Assembly (NCBI GenBank): GCA_045837725.1
Contig: JBEWZL010000073.1
Span: forward strand, 1-64,000
Direction of reading: 5' to 3'
DNA: 64,000 nt
Source of the DNA: Vermamoeba vermiformis
Taxonomy: Eukaryota
The position numbers and the translations under genes were made by a program. The notes below the pieces were generated by a model that saw only the letters and a program-made list of their open reading frames with translations, was not told the DNA's origin and made no database searches. Below are positions 26,080 through 37,920 of the stretch, piece by piece. Every line of letters begins with the position of its first letter. Position 1 is the first letter of the stretch.

Positions 26080-29000
26080 TTAATTTAGAGATAATAAAAA
26101 TGATTTTACATCCATTTTTTCAACATCGAAATCTTGCAATTTTTTGATAATGCCAGCTGTATCAATAACTGTGTCCAATTTGTTTATAGGCAGCAATGTT
26201 TCACCTTTTTGAAGTTTAGCTGCAATTAACTGTGCTCTGTCAATTAATTCCATTGGAATTCCTGTAAAATAAAAAATTACTAACATAGCTACAAGTTCCA
26301 TTCTTACCTGAGATGAAAGCACAGTATATTCCATATGAATAGGCAGCGTACCCTTTAATCAACCTATAATACTTTCAGCATCAAGTTTTCAATGTTTTTG
26401 ACTTACTTGTATAAGAAAACTAGTTCTGGTGTGTTTTCGTGCTCCTTAATCAGGATGTCCATAGTCAAGAAGTCTAAATTGTCCTGGCTATCAAAGAAGT
26501 GGTTTTCAAAGATCTCTGTGAAGTGAGTGCAAACCAGCACCTATCTTGGAGTTAGATGTTTTTTCATTAATTTTTTTTTACCTTGGGACACTCCCTTTGA
26601 AGTTTCAAGAAATGATCAATGGTTGCTGTCAGCAGAGCAACACCATCTAGCGGTATTAGTATGATAAAGGAGAGTTCTTATTATACATACCGTTATGAGC
26701 AGTGCCTTTACCAAACTCATCAATAATGAGCAATGATCTTCCAGTGGCATTGTTCAACATGATCATCACTTGCTGCAAGTCAATCATGAAACTGCTGAGG
26801 CCAGTTGATATGCTCTCACGACTGTAGATTCTAGTGTAGATCTTATCTGTGATGCCAATCAGAGCTGCTGAGGCTGGAACAAAGCAGCCAATATGGGCCA
26901 TGAAGGTGATTAGGGCGACTTGTTTTAGGTAGACACTTTTCCCTGAAAAATTTGGGCCAGTGATTAACTTCACAGTGCCTTCTCTTCCTGCAAGTTAAGT
27001 TGATTAACTTTTGCATTTGCAAACGTTGGTTAACATACCATAAGCTACAGCAGTATCGTTGGGGATAAATGAACTTTCCACACAGAGTTCTTGCAATGGA
27101 TGTCTGCCATTGGAGATATACAGAACATTGTCTTCAGTGATTGAAGGGCAAGTGTAGTTATATTCCAAAGCCACAGTAGCAAAAGCCAGAAAACTATGAG
27201 AAAAATAAGTTAATCATCTGGAATTTACTAATTGCAATTCTTACCAATCTAATTCTGCTAGAATATCAGAGACATAGGCTAAGTTGTTTTGGAATGAAAA
27301 AACAACTCTTATAAGCTTCTGAACCACAGCAACTTCCAGTTCCGTAATTTTGGTATGAATGTCACCTAAGCTGAGGTCAGAAATCTATTTACAGTAAACA
27401 GAAAAGTACAACTCCTTACCAAAGTGATTATCCAACTCAGTTGTAGTATCATTCTTGTAATAAGCGTATGATTCTGATTGGAACTAAAAATTGTCTTAGC
27501 TAAATAAATAAGAAAAGTATGTTTTACCTGGAAATTAAAGCCAGGCAGAACTATTTTGTCTTGCACTGGAATTGCCAGCTGGAAACCAATTTGAGGGAAA
27601 TACATAATTCTGAGAGAAGATATGTTGGCGAATCTCTTCAACTCTTCTTTGCCAATGGCATCCAACAGCTCATCAAATCCAGCATAATGACCACGCAATT
27701 CATCCAGCTCAGCACTGACAGCAGATCTAACAGAGAGTTTGTTGCTTTCCTTACTGGAAGGCAAGTCTAATGTGCTGTTGATGATGTTGATCAGCTTCAC
27801 CAAGCTATCTGATATGCTATTGATGACCTATCAAAAATTGGTAGTGACAATGGAAAATTAAATCCAATGGTGATTACCTTTTGTTTAATTGGAATATCTC
27901 CTTCAGAGTTTGCCAACAGCGCTTTAATTTGAATGGCACTTGCAATGGTCTGAAAAGATTTTTAAAATTGTAAGGGTATTAAAATATTTGCTTACATTAT
28001 AAAGGTTAATCCAATCATTGACAGATCCTTGCTTCACTTGAAATCGGTGAAGTATTGCCATAATATCTTTTGCCTTCTTTAGAAATTCTTTGCACTTTCC
28101 AGCAATAGATACTTGATCTGGCTTAATGAAGAAAGAAACAGTGTTCAATCTCTCATTCAGCAGATTAATATCACACGATGGATTCAAGCATCCAGAATCT
28201 GGTATTGAATTAGCAGTAATTAGAGATTTCCTTGAGTTACCTTAACATATGTTTTCCAATGGAAGAAACACACTTATTAAGAATGCCATATAATGAGAGA
28301 CCTTCTTTTGCCTTGCCTACTCCAAGAGCACTAGGATGGTCTTCGTGCTTGAATATTTGTAAGGACTCATACGTAGCAGGGTCCAGAAGCATAATTTCTT
28401 CACTAAACCACTGTTATTACCAAGCAATACTGTAGCTAACTTAAACTTACGTTCTAAACTGTTTGATGGCAGCCAGCTCTAATTTATCCTCATCTTCTTT
28501 AGAATTCAGGGACTTCGTTTTGATTACATAGTCAATTAAGCCTCCAAGTGCTCGCACCTTTCATAAATTAAAATGCATAATTCTATGCAAAATTATACAT
28601 ACCATGCAAGTGAGGTCCAAATTAATGTAAGCAGATAGAAAGACCAATTTTTCTTTGGCAGAGCTAAAATCAGGCATGCCTGGCAAATTGATCCTCAATA
28701 AGCTATTCCTGGCATTGTCTGCATTGAAATCCTTCTGCTTCCCAACATCCAGCATGGCTAATGAATCAGTTAAAATGATACTTAACAACATAGTGTACCT
28801 TTATCCTTCAGTAGGTTCAAAAATCCTTCGTTGTTGTTGGATGGTGTTATTATAATTGATGGATTTGCTTGATACAGGACTGGAATAAGTTAATTAGAGA
28901 AGCAATAATTATTTTCTACATACAATGCTGCAAGATTGGAAAGTCACTTGTGTTGTGCTCGTTCAGCTCACAAGCCTCCAATACACTTGACTCCGCTCTG

Positions 29001-29162
29001 TAAATTGCCAAGCCAATCCTAGAACAGGTTAGCAATATTTTACTTTGTACTTATAATCCGTACTTTGGTTTGGAGAACACCAAACTGGCATAAACCTAAA
29101 TGTTGGTTAGCATAAATTTAGAATTTTTGCTTTCCTACCTTTTCACTGTCTTGATCCGTCAT
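26080..29162 (-). CDS. MSH5: MutS-gamma subunit MSH5
   Basis: [12 protein letters not shown]...[60 protein letters not shown] and IIDEFGKGT. Confidence 0.95.
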
Positions 29163-29198
29163 TTTGAGTTCAAATGAGAAAATAAATCCAAAAGAAAT

Positions 29199-30342
29199 TT
29201 ATTTTTGTTTAATAAATTCAAAAATTACCAAAATATTTTGGGCCAAAAATTCTTCCCAAAAAGCAAAATTCTCCATGATTTTCAACTCGTGCAGGAATTG
29301 GAGGTAGTTGTCCTTGTTTAAACTCTTCAACACTGAACTGCCAGTTATTGTAACATGAATATTAAAATTAAGGTTTAACTTACATAAGGATTGAGCCAAA
29401 GTTTTAACTTCAGAGTTTTTATCGTGGACACCCTTCTTGATAATTGCAATGAGACTTTTAGTGGGCAGACTATTGAATTCCATCAGTTTCCAAGCACAAA
29501 GTCGAACTTCTTCAGAAACATCTTGAGACATATCCACCAGAAGTTGAAATATGATATCTATTTAATTAGTAAGAATGAATGATCGAAGAATCATACCAGG
29601 TGCAGCAAAATTTGATAAAGCTTCCAGTGCCAATACTTGAGTTTTTCTGTAGGGTAAATTAATAATAGATTAATTTTGAACCGATATATGAGATACACAC
29701 ATGTTGGAGGAATCCCTGGCCAACTTGATCAAAATTTCTTCTAAATCCGCCTTCTCATCTAATTCAATTTCATTGTCTTTCAACCCTACAGTGTATATCA
29801 GCATTCCTTAACATAAGGCTTACATACATTTCAGGCACTGTTTCTGAACAGCATATGATCCATCCTTTTTCAGTAGAGAAGTCACAAGCTCGGCGCAATC
29901 AGAAGTTGTGAATTTCAAATACAATCCCAGAATTATTTGCCTGCCTGAAAATATCATCTATTAGATCGTCACCTACAATGGGCTTATGAACCTTTGGGGC
30001 TAATGGCACCATTGAACACAATCCCAGATACACATTGTTGCAAAACAGATTCAGGAAAGATCTCCAGCAATGAATTCAAACTTTTTCCCATTTTTTTTGA
30101 AGCCAGAGTTAAAAGAAGAGAATTGCACATTGAAACAAGCATGTTCTAAATCTAGTTAATAAAACACATTTATGTGGAATTGTTACCTGGTAAGCCTCCG
30201 GAAGAGTAATAACCAATTCTTTAATCTCATGGTAGAACTTGAGATATTTTGGCTTTTGAATAATATTGAGTACATCTGCTAGCTCTTCTTTCTTGGGAGC
30301 ACTCTGAGCCAGCTCCAAAATTTTTTGTCGCACTTCTTCCAT
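29199..30342 (-). CDS. Short HEAT-repeat protein resembling the N-terminal third of condensin CAP-G
   Basis: YAVQKQCL..., KLARDSSN..QVLALEALSNFAAP, DVSEEVRLCAWKLM...IIKKGVHDKNSEVK and DNYLQFLHEL follow the order of CAP-G N-terminal HEAT motifs as recalled from memory. Confidence 0.55.
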
Positions 30343-30418
30343 TTAAAACAAATAATTCAAAAATTCAAAAATTGGACATTTTTCATTTTTGGTAAAAAGA
30401 TTAATCACAACAACAAAA
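30343..30418. promoter_or_regulatory. 76-bp divergent intergenic at the strand switch of the island
   Basis: ATGs at 30342 (-) and 30419 (+). Genes to the left are mostly minus and genes to the right mostly plus. Confidence 0.5.
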
Positions 30419-30842
30419 ATGGCATCTGATATGGAAATTGAGCAGCATCCCCAAGTAGATGAAACATTGATAGTGTTCCAAGGCAAGGCAGAAAACTTGC
30501 TTCAAAAAAGGCAGAAGTTTATTGATGGTAAGTTTAAGCACCTTAACAAATCCACCCAGACTTCTGATCCTTTGAAAGACCTTTCCTCTAATTTGGAGAA
30601 GATATTCCATGGCTACTTGGAAACCTTTGCCTCCAATTTCCAAACCAGATCTGATCAACTCTCCCATTTGCTATCTGCTTACAATGAGGAAGCTGTGTAA
30701 GTTAAAATTCGAATGAAGCCCCAAAGCAATGCTAAATAGATATAATAGGAAATGTGACATGTTAAAGGCCAATCTGCAAGCTGTCCAAGAAAAGACAGAA
30801 GACCTCTACACTGAGCTGCACAGGGCTCTCTCTGCTCAATAG
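30419..30842 (+). CDS. Small coiled-coil protein, candidate SYCE2-like
   Basis: Two exons: MASDMEIE...YNEEAV|KCDMLKANLQAVQEKTEDLYTELHRALSAQ*. The gene is secure; the family call is tentative. Confidence 0.5.
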
Positions 30843-30930
30843 CTCGTTTAATATTGCTGGATTTTTATCCACAATTTATTTTGTAGAAAAAATTGTTAAT
30901 TTTTCTCAATCATTATTTTAATTGTAATAA

Positions 30931-31553
30931 ATGAACATGGAAAAACAAATCAGTTCTCTGCAACGACAGCTTTTTGAGAAAGATCTTCTCATCCAAAACC
31001 TTAGGAATCAACTCCAGCAGCTGCAAGAATTTAAAAATCAGGTCAGCATTGCATTGCAGAGGTTACCTCAAGAAGATGGCCCGGCAACAATTCAAACTTG
31101 TCATGAAGCAATTGAACCAACCCCAGCAGTGGAATGCGGAATCTGCTTACTAGAAGTTCAAGGTATGGAAGTCTTTTTTTCAAAACACAAGTACCTAACA
31201 CATAGATAATAGAGGATGACATTATGTTTGCCTTAGATTGCAAGCATGAATTTCATCTTGGTTGTTTATTCAAGTGTCTGGGTATGCTCAAACATGTCAA
31301 TCAAAACAATACGAAAATTAATCCCTCTACAGAAAGCAGGTTCATAGTCAATCAATGTCCTTTGTGCACCTCAAGAATAACTCCCGAAATATGCAGAGAA
31401 ATTTCAAGCCAGTAAGTAAATTGCATATTAAATGGTAAAAAACACATTTTAACTTCATTAAATAGGTGGAAAGAGATACTCAATGAAGAAAAAAAGCTAT
31501 CTAAAATCTTGTTGGAAGAATTGAAGAGTGAAAATTCGTCTGATTTGTGTTAA
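30931..31553 (+). CDS. Coiled-coil plus RING-H2 E3 ligase-like protein
   Basis: CGIC...CKHEFHLGC...CPLC across exons, preceded by a Q/L-rich coiled coil. Confidence 0.8.
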
Positions 31554-32517
31554 ACTCATTTGTAAAATTTATTGTAAATATTTTTGAACAACGAAAATGA
31601 CAACAGAATCAGTTCTTATATGAGAATACATAGTAACATATACATGTGATAAATGTACTGTTGGCTAGGTCAGCAACTTCAGCCACCAAGAAAAAACCGC
31701 AGAAAACTCAAAAAAAATAGGGTCAATTATCAGGATTCAACCTTGACAAAGGGGTAAGAGATTTATCTATTTGAGCAATGCACACTTATCACCTAGTCTT
31801 CAGGTTTGATACATCAAATATGGCTCTTGCAAGTGTTCATGGCTGGATCCAGGATGTCAAACCTGGATCTCTCCCTTTTTTTTCTTAGAAAGTGCTTATT
31901 CAATCAATTGTAAGTTTAATCAGTGATATTATGCCATATTAACAGCTGGCAATATTGCTAGGAGCCTAAATAAGGCCAGCTAAGAATCGCCTGTTATTTT
32001 GTAGCTACAAACAATTTTGCCCAAATTTATTCATGGATCAGCATAGCTGGCAGTTTCACGTGTGATAGTCCAAGGCATATGACATAAAATACAGAAATTG
32101 CAACAGCAATCAATTGCCAGGATGTAAAGTTATAAATTTATTAAAAAAATGAAATATTTCAACTTGGAGTTTTTTGTCTTACCCTGATTTTTCCTATTGA
32201 TTTGATACATCAATATCATTTAAACATCAATAATATCATTTACTGTAACTAATGAACTTGGGAGCTACGTTTATCTAAGTAAGACTTCAACCAATTGCTA
32301 TAAAGTTACCAATATTAATAATACAATTATATTCACCTACTAAAATCCGTTTTATCACCATACTAATTTTCTAACAATGTAAGTCTGCTATGTTTGGGGT
32401 ACAATTTTTGGCTTAATAAATCGTAGTTAAAAATGAAATGCAAACGTGAGCAGAATTATATTTCAAGTAAAAACACAACACAAGTTAGACACATCCTATA
32501 ATTTTGTGTAAGACTAA

Positions 32518-33831
32518 ATGATGGAGCACGATATTGAGGATGTAGAAAGTGTTTCAGGGTCCCAAAGCTCATCATCAGGTTCCTACAAAGATGAGTATGG
32601 TGAATTGTTTGAGCTTGATGAGCCTATGTCTTTAAGTGCATACATGAAGGCTTGGTGAGTACACAAATAATAATTATAATTTAATTTTAATTTACTTATT
32701 TAATTAATTATTATTATTTAATTATAATAATTCTAATAATTATTAGGAATTTCTTTTCTTAATTTAGTTAATAGTAACTCCATACCCTTTAATAAAATAT
32801 GTAATAATTTAATAATTATTTATTAGTTATTCAATTGATGTTCCTCAAGATTCAGAAATTTTCTGCAAATTGCAGCAGTACCAAGTTGTACAAGCTTGTG
32901 ATGGACATGCTAATCTTTTTGGAGTAAAAACCAATCAAAAACGATATTTTGCAAAGTATGCCTCAAAAGAACAGTATGAGGCAGAGAAACGAAGTCATGA
33001 AGTGTTGGATCCGCTCAATTGTCCTTCCATTATCAAACTGGTGGATGCAATTCCAATAGGTGCAGGAGGCATTATTATAACACCTATGTATGATCGATAC
33101 AGCCATGGTACATTTTACTATCATCCCAAAAGAGTCATGACATGCTTGTTGCAGGTAAATCTGGATTAGATTTGGCTCAAAATCTTCTGACTGTAACCCT
33201 TGTAGGCTCTTAAAGTCTGCCATGATAATGGTATAGCACACAGAGATATCAAGCCACATAATATTGTTTGGTACTTTGCTGATAGGCGGTGCAGAACCCT
33301 TGATTTCTTTCTCACTGACTTTGGCATTGCCTGCTTTGATTTTAAAGAATATGAAAATAAGACTATACAGAACATGCCTGGCACATTAAGATATTATTCC
33401 CCAGAGAGGCTGCGGGGAGAAATTCCACCTGATCCACGTGTATGTGACATGTTTGCTGCTGGAGTAGTTTTCCTTGAATGCGTAAGTCATTATTAGAAAA
33501 ATGAACTCAAAACAAGCTCATTTATTCAATACAGGTGATGCAAACAAGCAAACATGCCTTTAAAAATGGCACATTGGACGAAATTTATCATGTGCTGAAC
33601 AACTTTGATGAAGTAGTAGGTTGTCTATTGTTGCCCCATGCAGCTGATTTATTGAAGAAGATGCTGGAAGTTGATTACAAGAAAAGAATTACTGTCACTG
33701 AGGCATTGGAACACAGATTCTTTAGTGAGCCCCACTGCACTCGCATTGAATACTCCAGAGCACACCCCACTAGAATGCCAGACTATTTGATTTTCACTCC
33801 AGCCTTTCTGATTGAACATAACCTTAAATAA
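32518..33831 (+). CDS. Divergent Ser/Thr protein kinase
   Basis: FAK...E, HRDIKPHN, TDFG, GTLRYYSPE, DMFAAG and KRITVTEALEHRFF. Confidence 0.88.
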
Positions 33832-33871
33832 ACTAATCCTTACAAATGTGCTCAGAAAATAATTCCTTGGT

Positions 33872-33957
33872 AGAAAGCGGGTTCAAGTCAATCAATGTAC
33901 ATTGTGCATCTCAAAATTAACTCCAGACATTTGAAGAGAAATTTCAACCCAGTAAGT
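33872..33957 (+). pseudogene. Decayed duplicate of the third RING exon
   Basis: Aligns with 31331-31417, including the donor gtaagt, but carries an indel and substitutions. Confidence 0.75.
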
Positions 33958-34030
33958 GATCCTTAAAAATAATTTTAAAAACATTTTAATTATTTTTAAA
34001 TATTTTGTTCTTATTTGAACAACTCTGAAA

Positions 34031-37000
34031 ATGACCACAGAACCACGATTCAATTCAGAGCTTGATATCCAGTTAGAAGGGGGCCGTACTGCAACTCAGA
34101 ACAGAACCTCTACAACTGCCAATGAGGCCATTTATATTATAGCCCTGAATGAAAACAGAGCTAAAGAGGTATACTTGTTATTAACGATATTCTGCCTTAC
34201 ATATATTTCAGGTTGGATTTGCTGCTATCAATCTGAAAAATCCCGTAGTACACCTCAACCAGTACTGTGACAGCCATGCATACATTAATACGCTGACTTC
34301 CTTGGTAATTTACCAACCTGTTGAGGTAAGTCTAAAAATTCTAGCTACTGTAGCCCTCATCTCAAATTATTTTTAGATTATTCTGCCAAACACTGCTGAA
34401 AATACAGAACTTTATCATACAATTAAGGCTCAGTTCCCCAATGTCTCTATTGTTACAGTGGCAAGAAAGTACTTTTCTGAAACAACAGGTATATTAAAAC
34501 ATCATGTAATTTCCTGGGTTAATTTAATATTTTAAGGGTCTCTTCTTATGCAACGACTGTCTCTGAAAGATAATGTGATTGATTCAGCCCTGTCCCTTAA
34601 GTATCTGGCTTTGGGATCCTTCTCAGCATTGATAAAATATGTTGAGTTTGTGCAACATTCAACCTTTGCCTCTCACACTCTTAAGGCAAGTTTACATTGG
34701 AATCATAATTAACAATTAACACTATATTTTTAGATTATTCTTAGAGGCTGTGAAGGCATCATGTTTATTGATGCCAATTCAATCAGAGACTTGGAAGTGC
34801 TATTTAACAAACGTACTGGCAAATCAGAGGAGTCTTTATTTGGAATATTGAACCACACTAAGACAGTGCAAGGAGGTATGTTATTCCTTTATTATTGCTC
34901 TTTGTAGTGTATTAATTATCCACAGCTCGTCTTCTTAAAACCAACTTGCTGCAGCCCCTCACTGACTTGACCACAATAAGAGTCAGACAACAATGTGTTT
35001 CTGAACTGTTGAACAATGAATCAATGTTCTTTGGATTAAGCAAAGCATTGGAAAAGTTCATTGATTTGGACCACTTAAGTGAGTAGACTTTATTATTCTA
35101 TAATGAAAAATACTAATTAGTTGCAGTTTCTCAGCTTGTTTTCATTCCAAAGAAAAGTTCTGAGAAGACAGCTCAAAATGCCATTCAAAGCGCCATTGTC
35201 TTGAAGTACAATTTAGAGCTGGTGCCTGGCCTAGTTCAAAGCATTCAAGACAGCCAGCATGAATTGTTTGGAACTATTCTCAAAAACCTGCAACATGAAG
35301 ACATCAAAGAGATGTACGACAAAATTACTGAAGTCATAGATGACTCTGCTACTCATGAGAAGGGTGCTCAGAAACAAGCAATGCAGGTACACAGGCTGAA
35401 AAAAAAATGATTTTCAATTTTTCTGAGAAATATTGTTTTGCAGCACTCATTTGCAGTGAAGCCAGGCATCAATGGTCTATTGGATGCAGCACGACAAGTC
35501 TACACTGAAACTATTGAAGATATTTATGCCCTGGCCAACAGCTACAGAGACCAACATAATTTGATGAGCCTTAAAGTGCAATACAACACTAAACGAGGAT
35601 ATTTCTTCACTGTGCCTGGCTCTGTCAAACACATTCCTGCCTTATTTGGGCATGCTTCAATGCAAGGCAAGAAGTGGATTCTATCTACAGACCAGCTGGA
35701 AACTCTCAACATTAGGAGCAAAGAATCGCTGCAAGACATTTACTTGATGACTGAACGAGTCATTGAGGGATTGATGGCTGAGATTAGGTACATGACAAGG
35801 TTGTAGTTTTCATTCACTAATTGATGATTAGAAAGAGACTTTCCACCATTTACAAAATCTCCGAGTCAGTTGCATTTTTGGATATGATATCAAGGTAAAT
35901 CAAATCCACAGTGACTTTTTCAATTAATTCTATACTAACTTCAATCACTATATAGTCTGGCCACCTATGTTACTCTGAGCGATGCATGTGGTAAGTGAAT
36001 ATTACTTATACTATTTTCTAATATTAAACTTTATCAAGTGGTTCCTGAGTTTACAGAGGATGGACCATTGGCTATTAGACATGGAGTAAGTTCTAAAATA
36101 ACTGTAGCTATTGTTATTAAAATAGTATTCAGCGCCATCCTATCCTTGAAAAGTTAGGCATTGATGTTATTCCCAATGACACATATGCTTCTGACCTAGG
36201 CCAAACATTTCATGTGATCACTGGTCCAAATATGAGTGGCAAATCAACTTATTTGAGCCAGCTTTGTTTGCTCACCATAATGGCTCACATTGGTAAGAAA
36301 ATAACACATAACATTACAGATACTAATTTATACTTTAGGAGCACATGTTCCAGCTCGTTATGCATCGTTTAGAATATTCAGAAGCATATTTACAAGTGAG
36401 TGCTCACATATTCATGCATTATTAAACTAACAGTGGAATTATAGGAATAGGAACGGAGGACTCTATTGAAGCAAACTCCAGCAGTTTTATGAAGGAGATG
36501 AAAGACATTGCATTTGTTATAAAAACTGCTTCTCATAAGAGTTTGATTGTGATTGGTAAGTCAATCAGCTTTTCTCCTCGTTTTTACTTACAACATCATT
36601 TGTTAGATGAACTAGGCAGAAGCACTTCGAACAAAGATGCCCTGCCAATCTGTTATTCTATCAGTGAGTACTTGATCTCATTGAAAGCCTACACCTTCTT
36701 TGTGACTCACTACCATGAATTGGCAACAAATCTGGCCCAGCTTTACGCTAAGGTCAAGACTCAGCATTTCTCTGTAAGTAACGTGCAATGTGCAAGAATT
36801 AATAATCTACTGCAATGTAACAAATAGGTTGATAAGAGAGAATCCAAAATCAAGTTTTTGTATCAGCTTGAAGATGGAGTTTGCAATGAAAATCTGTATG
36901 GTCTTGCCATTGCTGAGACTGCTGGATTTCCAAAGGCTCTGTTGGAGAAGGCTCACAAAGTCGCCATTGAGCTGGCTAATCAACAAAAGAAGAAAGAAGT

Positions 37001-37154
37001 GCAGAACACAACTGGTGCCAAAGCTAAGCAAGCCATCATTGAGAGGTTGTTGCTGCTGCAGAACTCCACACTGGATGAAGTTAGTCTTAAAGCCTATGTT
37101 GCCGATTTGAAGAAAAAGTTAGCAGACTGCATTGCTTGTGAAGCAGAAGAGTAA
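34031..37154 (+). CDS. MSH4: MutS-gamma subunit MSH4
   Basis: IIALNENRAKEVGFAAINLK, SLFGILNHTKT, FAVKPGINGLLDAARQ, ITGPNMSGKSTYL, SSFMKEMKD, DELGRST and FVTHY. Confidence 0.95.
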
Positions 37155-37474
37155 ATAATGTGTAGCTTTAATAAACTCCCATCTTACATTCTTAAGCTAG
37201 CCCAAGGCTGAATTCTTTAGAATCTCTAACCTTAAGATAAAGAAATATCCTAGCTATTGAACTCTAATTTTAGATAGGATACTATACTATGAAAGATGTT
37301 TGGCTTTGGATTAATAGAATTAACTAAGATGGATAAGGATCATCTCAAACAAGAGAATATAATATCTGAGTAAATGTATTACCATTAAACTTCATACAAT
37401 TTGCTACTTAGTAAACTTTGTATCAACTTTTTACAAAAGACCCCGTTAGATTCTGATCACAAAATTTCAACAAG

Positions 37475-37545
37475 GCACTCATGGTCTAGGGGCATGATGT
37501 CCGCCTGCCACGCGGGCGACCCGGGTTCGATTCCCGGTGAGTGCA
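37475..37545 (+). tRNA. tRNA-Gly(GCC), copy 4
   Basis: Identical body on the plus strand, followed by TTCTTTTTTT. Confidence 0.95.
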
Positions 37546-37666
37546 TTCTTTTTTTGGGGGTTTTCATTTTATTGTAATTTATTTTCAATTTTTTTCTTCC
37601 TGTTTATTGAAATTAACCACATTACCTAACAACACTAAAGCCAAAAGTAGTTCATCATTAATACTT

Positions 37667-37810
37667 TATCTAAATTCAGCTTCCCAAATAAGACATGCAG
37701 CTCCAAATCCCATCAACTGTAGCATTAAATTAACCTCACCTTATGAAAGAAAACTTACAATCAGTTGGTCAGTGTTGTCCCAGAGAATGTTTGAAGGAGC
37801 CACATTGCAA
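37667..37810 (-). pseudogene. Duplicated fragment of the adjacent kinase-like gene
   Basis: NVAPSNILWDNTDQLI|intron|LMGFGAA mirrors DVAPSNILWNKEDELI|LVGFGAS at ~38230-38345, then stops. Confidence 0.65.
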
Positions 37811-37920
37811 AATTAATTTTATTCATTTTTGGGAAAACAAAATAGCACTTGAACGCTTAGTCAGAAGTATAACCACAGTGCAAAACACAATCATCACCTT
37901 AAACTCATTGGAATTGAATT

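Noticed and set aside
30931-31553. HEI10/Zip3/RNF212 call for the RING gene
   Set aside because: Those proteins have an N-terminal RING followed by a coiled coil; here the coiled coil precedes a RING-H2.
31600-32500. Additional gene between the RING and kinase genes
   Set aside because: Some splice-like sites are present but no sustained frame or motif.
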